Shown here in pieces: positions 1 through 6,186 of a DNA stretch of 6,186 nt. The DNA lies in NCBI RefSeq assembly GCF_003334765.1, contig NZ_QOWT01000062.1. One strand, given 5' to 3'. The translations under genes were made by a program, and so were the position numbers. Under the pieces are notes generated by a model that saw only the letters and a list, made by a program, of their open reading frames with translations, made no database searches and was not told the DNA's origin. The DNA is from Escherichia coli (GTDB lineage: Bacteria > Pseudomonadota > Gammaproteobacteria > Enterobacterales > Enterobacteriaceae). Each line of letters begins with the position of its first letter. The first letter of the stretch is position 1.

Positions 1-171
1 CCGGATTATACGGTGAAGGTGAGAAAGTGGTTTTGTGTGATGTGTGACGAAGATTATGAGGGGGAAAAGTGCTGCCCACGCTGCGGTACCGGGGTATACA
101 GCAGGGCGTGGGGGCGGCAGGAGGTGCCGTCGGAAGATGCCAGGGCTGATAATCCGTTACAGAGGCTGTAA
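1..171 (+). CDS. 3' end of an unidentified ORF (5' end outside window) with a C-terminal Cys-rich zinc-ribbon-like motif
   Basis: Frame 1 is open from base 1 to TAA at 169-171. Translation: ...PDYTVKVRKWFCVMCDEDYEGEKCCPRCGTGVYSRAWGRQEVPSEDARADNPLQRL. Cys spacing CxxC-x8-CCxxC resembles a zinc ribbon. The stop overlaps the next ATG (TAATG). Absent from the ORF track because it has no start codon in the window. Family not recognised. Confidence 0.3.
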   Translation, partial: PDYTVKVRKWFCVMCDEDYEGEKCCPRCGTGVYSRAWGRQEVPSEDARADNPLQRL

Positions 172-407
172 TGGTTGCCTCCGGAGCAGTTTGCGGTGAT
201 GCCTTTCCCGGGAATGGATTGCCGGTGCGGGGACTGTGGAGCTTAATTCCGGTGTTGGTGGCCTTTCCGTTGATTTTATGCCAACAGCCCCCTGTGACTG
301 ACAGGCTGCCTCGTCATTCCATTCGTATCTCCAGTAACAGGGGGTTGTATTGTATTTTATTGTGCCGGTTCAGGTGTGCGTTTCCCGGCGCGTCTGCACC
401 GGCTTAA
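171..407 (+). CDS. hypothetical small protein (78 aa), stop/start-coupled to the upstream ORF
   Basis: ORF track 171..407. ATG overlaps the upstream stop (TAATG). No recognisable motif; GC-rich DNA can give spurious ORFs of this size. Ends 27 bp before the IS66 left inverted repeat. Confidence 0.25.
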   Translation: MVASGAVCGDAFPGNGLPVRGLWSLIPVLVAFPLILCQQPPVTDRLPRHSIRISSNRGLYCILLCRFRCAFPGASAPA

Positions 408-433
408 CCAAATTCAACAGGGATAAAATAGTG

Positions 434-459
434 GTAAGCGTACAGCCTGAACCGTCTGG
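434..459 (+). repeat. IS66 left terminal inverted repeat (IRL)
   Basis: First 13 bp (434-446) are a perfect inverted match to 2710-2722. Further inward the match is imperfect, so the inner boundary is approximate. Confidence 0.7.
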
Positions 460-504
460 TCAGAATCTGACGAATTAGACAAAGTGGTGTCCACCAAATA
501 AGTA

Positions 505-906
505 GTGGGAACCAAAGTGTCAGATATGCAGAAAAATGTGACTCCCGGCAGGCGAAAAGGCTGCCCTAATTATCCTCCCGAATTTAAACAGCTGCTTGTT
601 GCTGCCTCCTGTGAACCCGGGATATCCATCTCAAAACTTGCTCTTGAAAATGGCATTAACGCCAATCTGTTGTTCAAATGGCGACAACAATGGCGCGAGG
701 GAAAGCTGCTATTACCTTCTTCAGAGAGCCCCCAGCTACTTCCTGTGACTCTCGATGCAACTGCCGAACAGCCAGAATCGCTCGCAGAGGCCCCGGAAAC
801 CCTCAGTATCAGCTGTGAGGTAACGTTCCGGCACGGGACGCTCCGCTTCAATGGCAATGTCAGCGAAAAGCTCCTGACTCTGCTGATACAGGAACTGAAG
901 CGATGA
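505..906 (+). CDS. tnpA: IS66-family accessory protein TnpA (Orf1)
   Basis: ORF track 505..906. Position as first ORF inside the IS66 IRL and coupling to tnpB fit IS66 Orf1. The track start at 505 is a GTG; an in-frame ATG at 526 (MQKNVTPGRRKG...) is an alternative start. No strong Shine-Dalgarno for either. Confidence 0.8.
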   Translation: MGTKVSDMQKNVTPGRRKGCPNYPPEFKQLLVAASCEPGISISKLALENGINANLLFKWRQQWREGKLLLPSSESPQLLPVTLDATAEQPESLAEAPETLSISCEVTFRHGTLRFNGNVSEKLLTLLIQELKR

Positions 907-1250
907 TCCCGTTACCTTCCGGGACCAAAATTTGGCTGGTTGCCGGTATCACCGATATGAGAAATAGCTTCAACGGCCTGGCTGCGAAAGTACAAACGGC
1001 GCTGAAAGACGATCCCATGTCCGGCCATATTTTCATTTTCCGGGGCCGCAGCGGCAGTCAGGTTAAACTGCTGTGGTCCACCGGTGACGGACTGTGCCTC
1101 CTGACCAAACGGCTGGAGCGTGGGCGCTTCGCCTGGCCGTCAGCCCGTGATGGCAAAGTGTTCCTTACGCAGGCGCAGCTGGCGATGCTGCTGGAAGGTA
1201 TCGACTGGCGACAGCCCAAGCGGCTGCTGACCTCCCTGACCATGCTGTAA
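903..1250 (+). CDS. tnpB: IS66-family TnpB (Orf2)
   Basis: ORF track 903..1250 (115 aa). ATGA overlap with the tnpA stop at 903-906 implies translational coupling. Size and sequence (MIPLPSGTKIWLVAGITDMRNSFNGLAAKV...) are typical of IS66 Orf2 as I recall it. Confidence 0.85.
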   Translation: MIPLPSGTKIWLVAGITDMRNSFNGLAAKVQTALKDDPMSGHIFIFRGRSGSQVKLLWSTGDGLCLLTKRLERGRFAWPSARDGKVFLTQAQLAMLLEGIDWRQPKRLLTSLTML

Positions 1251-1278
1251 ATCTCTTTATCCTGGTTGTCACAGAATA

Positions 1279-1298
1279 AGCCCGGTAAAATACGGGCT
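1279..1298 (+). promoter_or_regulatory. hairpin (6-bp stem AGCCCG / CGGGCT, 8-nt loop) ending one base before the tnpC start codon
   Basis: Seen: AGCCCG(1279-1284) GTAAAATA CGGGCT(1293-1298) then T, then ATG at 1300. It occupies the position where a ribosome-binding site would be; no canonical Shine-Dalgarno is visible. A regulatory role is inference. Confidence 0.3.
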
Positions 1299-1299
1299 T

Positions 1300-2685
1300 A
1301 TGAACGACATCTCTTCTGACGACATCTTCCTGCTGAAACAGCGCCTGGCCGAACAGGAAGCGCTGATCCACGCCCTGCAGGAAAAGCTGAGCAACCGGGA
1401 GCGCGAAATAGACCATCTGCAGGCGCAGCTGGATAAACTCCGCCGGATGAACTTCGGCAGTCGTTCCGAAAAAGCCTCCCGCCGTATCGCACAAATGGAA
1501 GCCGATCTGAACCGGCTTCAGAAAGAGAGCGATACGCTGACTGGTAGGGTGTATGACCCGGCAGTACAGCGTCCGTTGCGTCAGACCCGCACCCGTAAGC
1601 CGTTCCCTGAATCACTACCCCGTGACGAAAAGCGACTGTTGCCTGCGGCGCCGTGCTGCCCGAACTGCGGCGGTTCACTGAGCTATCTGGGCGAGGATAC
1701 CGCCGAACAGCTGGAGTTGATGCGTAGCGCCTTCCGGGTTATCCGGACGGTACGGGAAAAACATGCCTGTACTCAGTGCGATGCCATCGTGCAGGCACCT
1801 GCACCTTCGCGGCCCATCGAGCGGGGTATCGCCGGACCGGGGCTGCTGGCCCGCGTGCTGACCTCGAAGTATGCAGAGCACACCCCGCTGTATTGCCAGT
1901 CAGAAATATACGGCCGGCAAGGTGTGGAGCTGAGCCGTTCACTGCTGTCGGGCTGGGTGGATGCATGCTGCCGGCTGCTGTCTCCGCTGGAAGAGGCGCT
2001 TCATGGCTATGTCATGACTGACGGCAAACTCCATGCCGATGATACCCCGGTCCAGGTACTGCTGCCGGGTAATAAGAAGACGAAGACCGGGCGGTTGTGG
2101 GCGTATGTTCGTGATGACCGCAATGCCGGGTCAGCGTTGGCACCTGCAGTGTGGTTCGCTTACAGCCCGGACAGAAAAGGCATCCATCCGCAGACTCATC
2201 TTGCTTGCTTCAGCGGTGTGCTGCAAGCGGATGCGTACGCCGGGTTCAACGAGCTGTATCGCAATGGTGGGATAACGGAAGCTGCCTGCTGGGCTCATGC
2301 CCGCCGAAAGATCCACGATGTGCACGTCCGCATCCCGTCAGCACTGACGGAAGAAGCCCTGGAGCAGATCGGTCAGTTGTACGCCATAGAGGCGGATATA
2401 AGGGGAATGCCGGCAGAGCAGCGGCTTGCTGAACGTCAGCGAAAAACGAAACCGCTGTTGAAATCCCTGGAAAGCTGGTTGCGTGAAAAGATGAAGACCC
2501 TGTTCTTCGGCTCTGGCCATGGTGGTGAGCGGGGAGCGCTACTGTACAGCCTGATCGGGACGTGCAAACTGAATGACGTGGATCCAGAAAGCTACCTTCG
2601 CCATGTGCCTGGCGTCATAGCAGACTGGCCGGTCAACCGGGTCAGCGAACTGCTTCCGTGGCGCATAGCACTGCCAGCTGAATAA
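1300..2685 (+). CDS. tnpC: IS66-family transposase TnpC (Orf3)
   Basis: ORF track 1300..2685 (461 aa), the longest ORF in the element. N-terminal heptad-like, leucine-rich region (LLKQRLAEQEALIHALQEKL...), a CxxC...CxxC zinc-finger motif (CCPNCGG ... CTQCD), and an acidic-residue-rich core consistent with the IS66 transposase. Ends 12 bp before the IRR region. Confidence 0.88.
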   Translation: MNDISSDDIFLLKQRLAEQEALIHALQEKLSNREREIDHLQAQLDKLRRMNFGSRSEKASRRIAQMEADLNRLQKESDTLTGRVYDPAVQRPLRQTRTRKPFPESLPRDEKRLLPAAPCCPNCGGSLSYLGEDTAEQLELMRSAFRVIRTVREKHACTQCDAIVQAPAPSRPIERGIAGPGLLARVLTSKYAEHTPLYCQSEIYGRQGVELSRSLLSGWVDACCRLLSPLEEALHGYVMTDGKLHADDTPVQVLLPGNKKTKTGRLWAYVRDDRNAGSALAPAVWFAYSPDRKGIHPQTHLACFSGVLQADAYAGFNELYRNGGITEAACWAHARRKIHDVHVRIPSALTEEALEQIGQLYAIEADIRGMPAEQRLAERQRKTKPLLKSLESWLREKMKTLFFGSGHGGERGALLYSLIGTCKLNDVDPESYLRHVPGVIADWPVNRVSELLPWRIALPAE

Positions 2686-2696
2686 CACATCCCCGT

Positions 2697-2722
2697 CAAT
2701 ACGGCCCTCGCTGTACGCTTAC
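2697..2722 (-). repeat. IS66 right terminal inverted repeat (IRR)
   Basis: 2710-2722 GCTGTACGCTTAC is the exact reverse complement of 434-446. Inner boundary approximate. Confidence 0.7.
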
Positions 2723-2923
2723 TTTTGTTCGGACTGCTTATGGCCTTTTTCCACTGGTGGCGCAGGAAAGTTAACCGGCTGCCACCATGGGATGACGTGT
2801 AAACCGTGCAGGCATGTTTTCACGTGGTGACGCTTTCATTGGGGGTCTACGCCGGAACCCCAATATTGTTCACATACATGAATTTGAAAAACTAAGCGAT
2901 ACTGCTGTCCGTACCTTATAAAC

Positions 2924-4297
2924 TTATTTCAACGCTTCCGGCAGCGTCACAATCCACAGTTCACTGTCAGACTCCGGTTTCTCCAGTGGCTTCACTCTGA
3001 GGGTCGTTTCAACCTGCTTGTCGTCAAGCGTCAGCTTTCCTTCCGCGTTCACCCGATAATCCTTGAATGTCTTGCCCTCGACCGGATGTTGCATCGCCAC
3101 CTTCACGCCAAAGTCGTTATCGTTCGCCACCGCCAGCGTTTTGCTGTCGATCAGCGCCAACCCTTCAGCCTTCTCCTGCTGCCAGCCCAAGGAGCGCAGA
3201 TCAACAACCTGCGTTTTCTGCGCAAGGGTAATGCCGCGCTGTGACAGGGTTTTCTCATCATCAAACTCCGGATACTCACCCGGCTTGTCGAAGCCTGACA
3301 GGTCGCTCGCCTTATTGAGATCGACCTCGTAAATCAGGTTACGCATTCTGTTGTTTTTATCTCTTCCCTGTTCGATCAGCAGGATGTGCTGGTTATCGAG
3401 CGCCACGATGTCTCCGATTTTAGCGTCGCTGTTTTTGCTGTAGGCCGCGCTGTCGATAGGATAACCGTACATCGCGGTTTTTCCGCTTGCCGGATCGAAG
3501 CTCACCAGACGCGTAAACAGCGCCTTTTTCTTGCTCTTAGTGTCGATATCCAGCGTACTTTGCACGGCGACAATAATACGCCCGTCCGGCATACGGGTGA
3601 GGCCTTCAAAGCCGCGGTTCGCCTGACGCCATTTGAGGATATTTGGCAAACCGCCCGCAATCGCTTTTTCCCCTTCCGCCGCCTGCGGACCGTGGATTGC
3701 CAGGATTTTCCCTTTACTGTCGATGTTAATCAGGAACGGGCCATACTCATCGCACAGCCAGTAACCTCCTTTACCATCCGGAGTGATCCCTTCCGTATCC
3801 AGCCCGCGATTATCCCCCTTCAGTCTATGTAACGTGTCGCTGAAGGCCACTTCATTGGTGGAGCCAATCACGTCGCTTGCCAGCGGCAGACCGTTGATCG
3901 CGCCTTTATCGTCATGCAGAGGACGGGGATCGATGGCCTCCGCTTTGCCGTTTTGTACACGAATCGTCATCAGCAGCGGCGCGAAATCTGGCGTAACGAA
4001 AATTTTAGTTTCGTTTTTCCCCTCTTTCGGTGAATCCGCGTTCGGACCGCGATCGGTAATGGTTGCGAATGTCAGGGCATCGCCCTGTTTACCGGTGAAC
4101 AGCAGGCCAGAACCTATCCCAACCGGAAGGCCGTTCGGGAATGCACTGGCAAATGCGCCGGCATAGTTCACGTGCGTGCCTTCTGGAAAACTGACGACAT
4201 AGCGCTCAGCCGTAGGTTGTGCCGCCAGGGCAGAGAAAGAGAGCGTACAACCGATTAGCACGGGAATAATTTTTCTTTTCATATTGTTAGCATCCAT
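2924..4297 (-). CDS. secreted or lipoprotein-type beta-propeller protein, phytase-like / SdiA-regulated-domain family (function unknown)
   Basis: ORF track 2924..4297 - (457 aa). N-terminus MDANNMKRKIIPVLIGCTLSFSALAAQP has a signal peptide with a lipobox-like LIGC; an alternative start is the internal Met giving 2924..4282. Motifs ANRGFEGLT and AEGLA resemble the GFEGL and AEG(V)A motifs I recall in E. coli YjiK (SdiA-regulated / phytase-like beta-propeller clan). Family assignment is from memory, not a search. Confidence 0.7.
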   Translation of the reverse strand: MDANNMKRKIIPVLIGCTLSFSALAAQPTAERYVVSFPEGTHVNYAGAFASAFPNGLPVGIGSGLLFTGKQGDALTFATITDRGPNADSPKEGKNETKIFVTPDFAPLLMTIRVQNGKAEAIDPRPLHDDKGAINGLPLASDVIGSTNEVAFSDTLHRLKGDNRGLDTEGITPDGKGGYWLCDEYGPFLINIDSKGKILAIHGPQAAEGEKAIAGGLPNILKWRQANRGFEGLTRMPDGRIIVAVQSTLDIDTKSKKKALFTRLVSFDPASGKTAMYGYPIDSAAYSKNSDAKIGDIVALDNQHILLIEQGRDKNNRMRNLIYEVDLNKASDLSGFDKPGEYPEFDDEKTLSQRGITLAQKTQVVDLRSLGWQQEKAEGLALIDSKTLAVANDNDFGVKVAMQHPVEGKTFKDYRVNAEGKLTLDDKQVETTLRVKPLEKPESDSELWIVTLPEALK

Positions 4298-4397
4298 AAA
4301 GTGAAGATCACACTACACCATAAAGAAGAAACGAGTCAGGAAAATGACATCGAATGGCAACATGCGCGGGCCTGAGGCCAAAGAAATGTAAAACACT

Positions 4398-4415
4398 GTT
4401 GTTATTTGTAACAAC
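4398..4415. promoter_or_regulatory. perfect 7-bp inverted repeat GTTGTTA-TTTG-TAACAAC, candidate operator upstream of the beta-propeller gene
   Basis: Seen: GTTGTTA (4398-4404) and TAACAAC (4409-4415) are exact reverse complements with a 4-bp spacer. It lies about 100-115 bp upstream of the minus-strand gene start (4297 or 4282) in an AT-rich intergenic region. Confidence 0.3.
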
Positions 4416-4545
4416 GGAAACATTTACGGAAATTATTTGTCTTTCTTCGTGATCAAAAATGCTGTGTCTTGTTGGATTGGAGTGATGAGGGCTGCGTTTA
4501 GGAAACGCCCTATATTGTACGGTTGCATTATCGCGGTAGGGGTAA

Positions 4546-4695
4546 TGCACGTGTCAGTATGATGAGCTGACCACACTCACGTGGGTGGACTGGTATAACA
4601 ATCGACGATTGCTGGAAAGGCAGGGCCATATCCCACCGGCAGAAGCAGAAAAAGCTTATTATGCTTCCATCGGAAACGATGATCTGGCAGCCTGA
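4546..4695 (+). pseudogene. C-terminal remnant of an rve/DDE-type (IS3-like) transposase, 5' portion missing
   Basis: Open frame with no start codon translates to CTCQYDELTTLTWVDWYNNRRLLERQGHIPPAEAEKAYYASIGNDDLAA*, stop at 4693-4695. The W-x-x-YNNRR...PAE pattern matches the conserved C-terminal end of integrase-core transposases (IS3 family OrfB). No upstream transposase body is present. Confidence 0.5.
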
Positions 4696-5014
4696 GTTCA
4701 CAGATAAAACACTCTCCAGGAAACCCGGGGCGGTTCAATTGCTGGATAAGATCATAACGATACACCGGGTTAAACAGGTGGTCACTGCTTCACTGAAGCT
4801 GCGTGATTATGATGGTCAGGTAGCAGAAGCTATGCCCATGATACAAAAATGACGAAAGCCGAAATGTCTGAAAGCGTGTGTATTACCTGAAAATATGACC
4901 GGCTCCGGGGTACGTAACCGATTCAACAAAGCCAATCGATATTACAAAACGAGAGGAACTATATATTTCGTTTTCAGATAAGACTCCTTGAGAGATTATC
5001 TTTTATGTAAAATC

Positions 5015-5308
5015 TCAAATATCACCTGATGTAATGTCAATGATAATATTAAGTGCGCTCTGAACAACATCTTTCTTGGTGTGATTAACATCTGACAAAA
5101 AGAACATCAGCTTCTTTATTATGTTCTTGTTGTTTATTATTTCACGCTCACAGAATAAAGCGTTGACTGCCTCTTCTATGACATTTCTCTCGTAAAAAAA
5201 TTGAGAGTTAGCTTCATATAAAATATTGGCCAATTTTTCACCAAAAACCATATTATAATAATCACTGTGCATCTTTCTCCCCCAGGGTTCAGTCAATAAT
5301 TTTACCAT
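5015..5308 (-). CDS. hypothetical protein (97 aa) in an AT-rich segment
   Basis: ORF track 5015..5308 -. Complete ORF with an in-frame stop two codons upstream of the ATG. Codon usage is very AT-rich, in contrast to the IS66 region. No recognisable domain. Confidence 0.4.
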   Translation of the reverse strand: MVKLLTEPWGRKMHSDYYNMVFGEKLANILYEANSQFFYERNVIEEAVNALFCEREIINNKNIIKKLMFFLSDVNHTKKDVVQSALNIIIDITSGDI

Positions 5309-5610
5309 GCCTAATTATGACAGGTGTAACAAGCATATTTTGCTATATAAATAAAATACATAATACTGATTATTGTAAGAACAGGAAGCAGACTAATGGT
5401 TTTTTTTGTGAGCACATTCCTTCTTATGTAGGAAGAGGCTGTATTATATTCAGTCAACTCTTTTTTACTAAAAACATTATCTATGCCATCAAAGTTGCCT
5501 GCTAGCTAATTTTTAGGATATCGCCTTGTCGTGGATTATGCACTCTAAACATGTAGAAGGTATTCATTACAAATACACAGACGGCCATCTTTTGTAAAAT
5601 GGATGCCGTT

Positions 5611-5727
5611 TTAAGTGAGATTCTGATTTTCAAATTGTTCCGGACTGAGACCGCCACACCAACTGTACCATCGCCAGCGATTGTAATCGCACTCGATATA
5701 ATTAAGTAAGTTTGCTGATTTTGCTGT
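5611..5727 (-). pseudogene. C-terminal remnant of an IS3-family transposase (OrfB-like), degraded
   Basis: Minus-strand open frame without a start translates to [38 protein letters not shown], stop at 5611-5613 and upstream stop at 5728-5730. The YIE-x-YNR...[10 protein letters not shown] pattern matches IS3-family OrfB C-termini as I recall them. Only about 30 aa of homology is retained. Confidence 0.5.
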
Positions 5728-6017
5728 TTACTGCGACAGATGTAAAGCTGTGGTGATTCATGCAGACTAAGTTCACGGACTCCGGCAGTAACACCGATGC
5801 ATTCTGCAAGCTTCAGATCTTAACTACGAAATTCATGCGAATGGTGTTTACGTTTTTTTACTGGTTGAAACTGTTTTGTCTTGTGAGTCACCTCTGACTG
5901 AGAGTTTACTCACTTAGCCGCGTGTCCACTATTGCTGGGTAAGATCACAACACTTTAAAATGCCCTATATAGGGTTAACCAGTAATTATCTGTATGATAG
6001 CTTTGAGTTCGGGAGGA

Positions 6018-6040
6018 GGTAATGACTCCAACTTACTGAT
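6018..6040 (-). repeat. IS1 terminal inverted repeat (insB-proximal end)
   Basis: GGTAATGACTCCAACTTACTGAT differs by one base from the IS1 right inverted repeat as I recall it (GGTAATGACTCCAACTTATTGAT). Confidence 0.88.
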
Positions 6041-6186
6041 AGTGTTTTATGTTCAGATAATGCCCGATGACCTTGTCATGCAACTCCACCGATTTTGAGA
6101 ACGACAGTAACTTCCGTCCCAGCCTTGCCAGATGTTGTCTCAGATTCAGATTATGTCGCTCAATGCGCTGAGTGTAACGCTTGCTG
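6033..6186 (-). CDS. insB: IS1 transposase InsB, C-terminal part (5' end outside window)
   Basis: Codon-by-codon translation of the minus strand from the TAA at 6033-6035 reproduces the InsB C-terminal sequence ...[18 protein letters not shown]. Not in the ORF track because there is no Met in the window. Confidence 0.9.
   Translation of the reverse strand, partial: SKRYTQRIERHNLNLRQHLARLGRKLLSFSKSVELHDKVIGHYLNIKHYQ

Larger units (their letters stand above)
434..2722 (+). mobile_element. IS66-family insertion sequence, apparently complete (tnpA-tnpB-tnpC)
   Basis: Seen: 5'-GTAAGCGTACAGC at 434-446 and its exact reverse complement GCTGTACGCTTAC at 2710-2722 bracket three co-oriented ORFs. Established: the GTAAGCG terminus and the three-ORF arrangement with an overlapping tnpA/tnpB junction are hallmarks of the IS66 family. 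Confidence 0.85.
6018..6186 (-). mobile_element. IS1 insertion sequence, partial (continues beyond the window end), minus orientation
   Basis: Seen: 23-bp terminal repeat GGTAATGACTCCAACTTACTGAT at 6018-6040, and the minus-strand translation of 6033-6185 gives ...[50 protein letters not shown]. This matches the IS1 InsB C-terminus and the IS1 right-end repeat from memory. Confidence 0.92.

Noticed and set aside
570-2520. Eleven ORFs of 60-126 aa on either strand overlapping tnpA/tnpB/tnpC (570..857 -, 1058..1243 -, 1165..1494 -, 1298..1678 -, 1675..1881 -, 1739..1966 -, 1776..2021 +, 2033..2275 +, 2131..2325 -, 2151..2432 +, 2338..2520 -)
   Set aside because: All lie in alternative frames or antisense to the well-supported IS66 genes in GC-rich DNA, where long spurious ORFs are expected. 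Their translations are Arg/Ala/Pro-rich with no recognisable motifs.
2750-2860. Two short inverted repeats between the IS66 right end and the beta-propeller gene (TGGTGGC...GCCACCA near 2754-2790; GGGGT...ACCCC near 2842-2862)
   Set aside because: Short stems with long loops and no adjacent T-run on either strand, so not convincing as rho-independent terminators. Possibly incidental.
3063-4166. Plus-strand ORFs 3063..3332, 3386..3832 and 3783..4166 inside the beta-propeller gene
   Set aside because: Antisense shadows of the 457-aa minus-strand gene. No independent start context or motif support.
4308-4550. 80-aa minus-strand ORF in the intergenic region upstream of the beta-propeller gene
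   Set aside because: It spans the AT-rich promoter region including the palindrome and runs into the transposase remnant. The composition (runs of Asn, Val, His) looks non-coding.
4661-4852. 63-aa plus-strand ORF overlapping the end of the IS3-like remnant
   Set aside because: Starts inside the transposase fragment in another frame and has no recognisable motif or ribosome-binding site. It could be a real small gene or IS-end sequence, but I cannot support it.
5317-5505. 62-aa plus-strand ORF in the AT-rich region
   Set aside because: Lies in the putative promoter region of the 97-aa minus-strand ORF. It is low-complexity and AT-driven with no start context.
1-6186. Screen for CRISPR arrays, tRNA or rRNA genes and tandem repeats
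   Set aside because: No regularly spaced direct repeats, no cloverleaf-like tRNA candidates and no rRNA-like segments were seen by eye. The only repeat structures are the IS terminal inverted repeats and the short palindromes already described.

Overview
This window is an IS-dense accessory mosaic, most likely from an Enterobacteriaceae plasmid or genomic island. It contains one apparently intact IS66-family insertion sequence (about 434..2722; tnpA, tnpB, tnpC on the + strand, 13-bp perfect terminal inverted repeats). Downstream on the minus strand is a 457-aa secreted or lipoprotein-type protein of the phytase-like / SdiA-regulated beta-propeller family (2924..4297). Two short C-terminal remnants of IS3-like (rve/DDE) transposases (4546..4695 + and 5611..5727 -) face each other across a visibly AT-rich segment that carries a 97-aa orphan ORF (5015..5308 -). 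The window ends inside an IS1 copy in minus orientation (6018..6186), whose InsB C-terminus I could translate and recognise directly. The left edge holds the 3' end of an unidentified Cys-rich ORF and a small stop/start-coupled ORF. I do not see a clear multi-gene novel system such as a defence island, CRISPR array or RNA gene. The most promising leads are the IS-flanked beta-propeller lipoprotein with a perfect palindrome upstream, and the AT-rich orphan ORF. All family assignments are from reading translations and recalled motifs, not from database searches.
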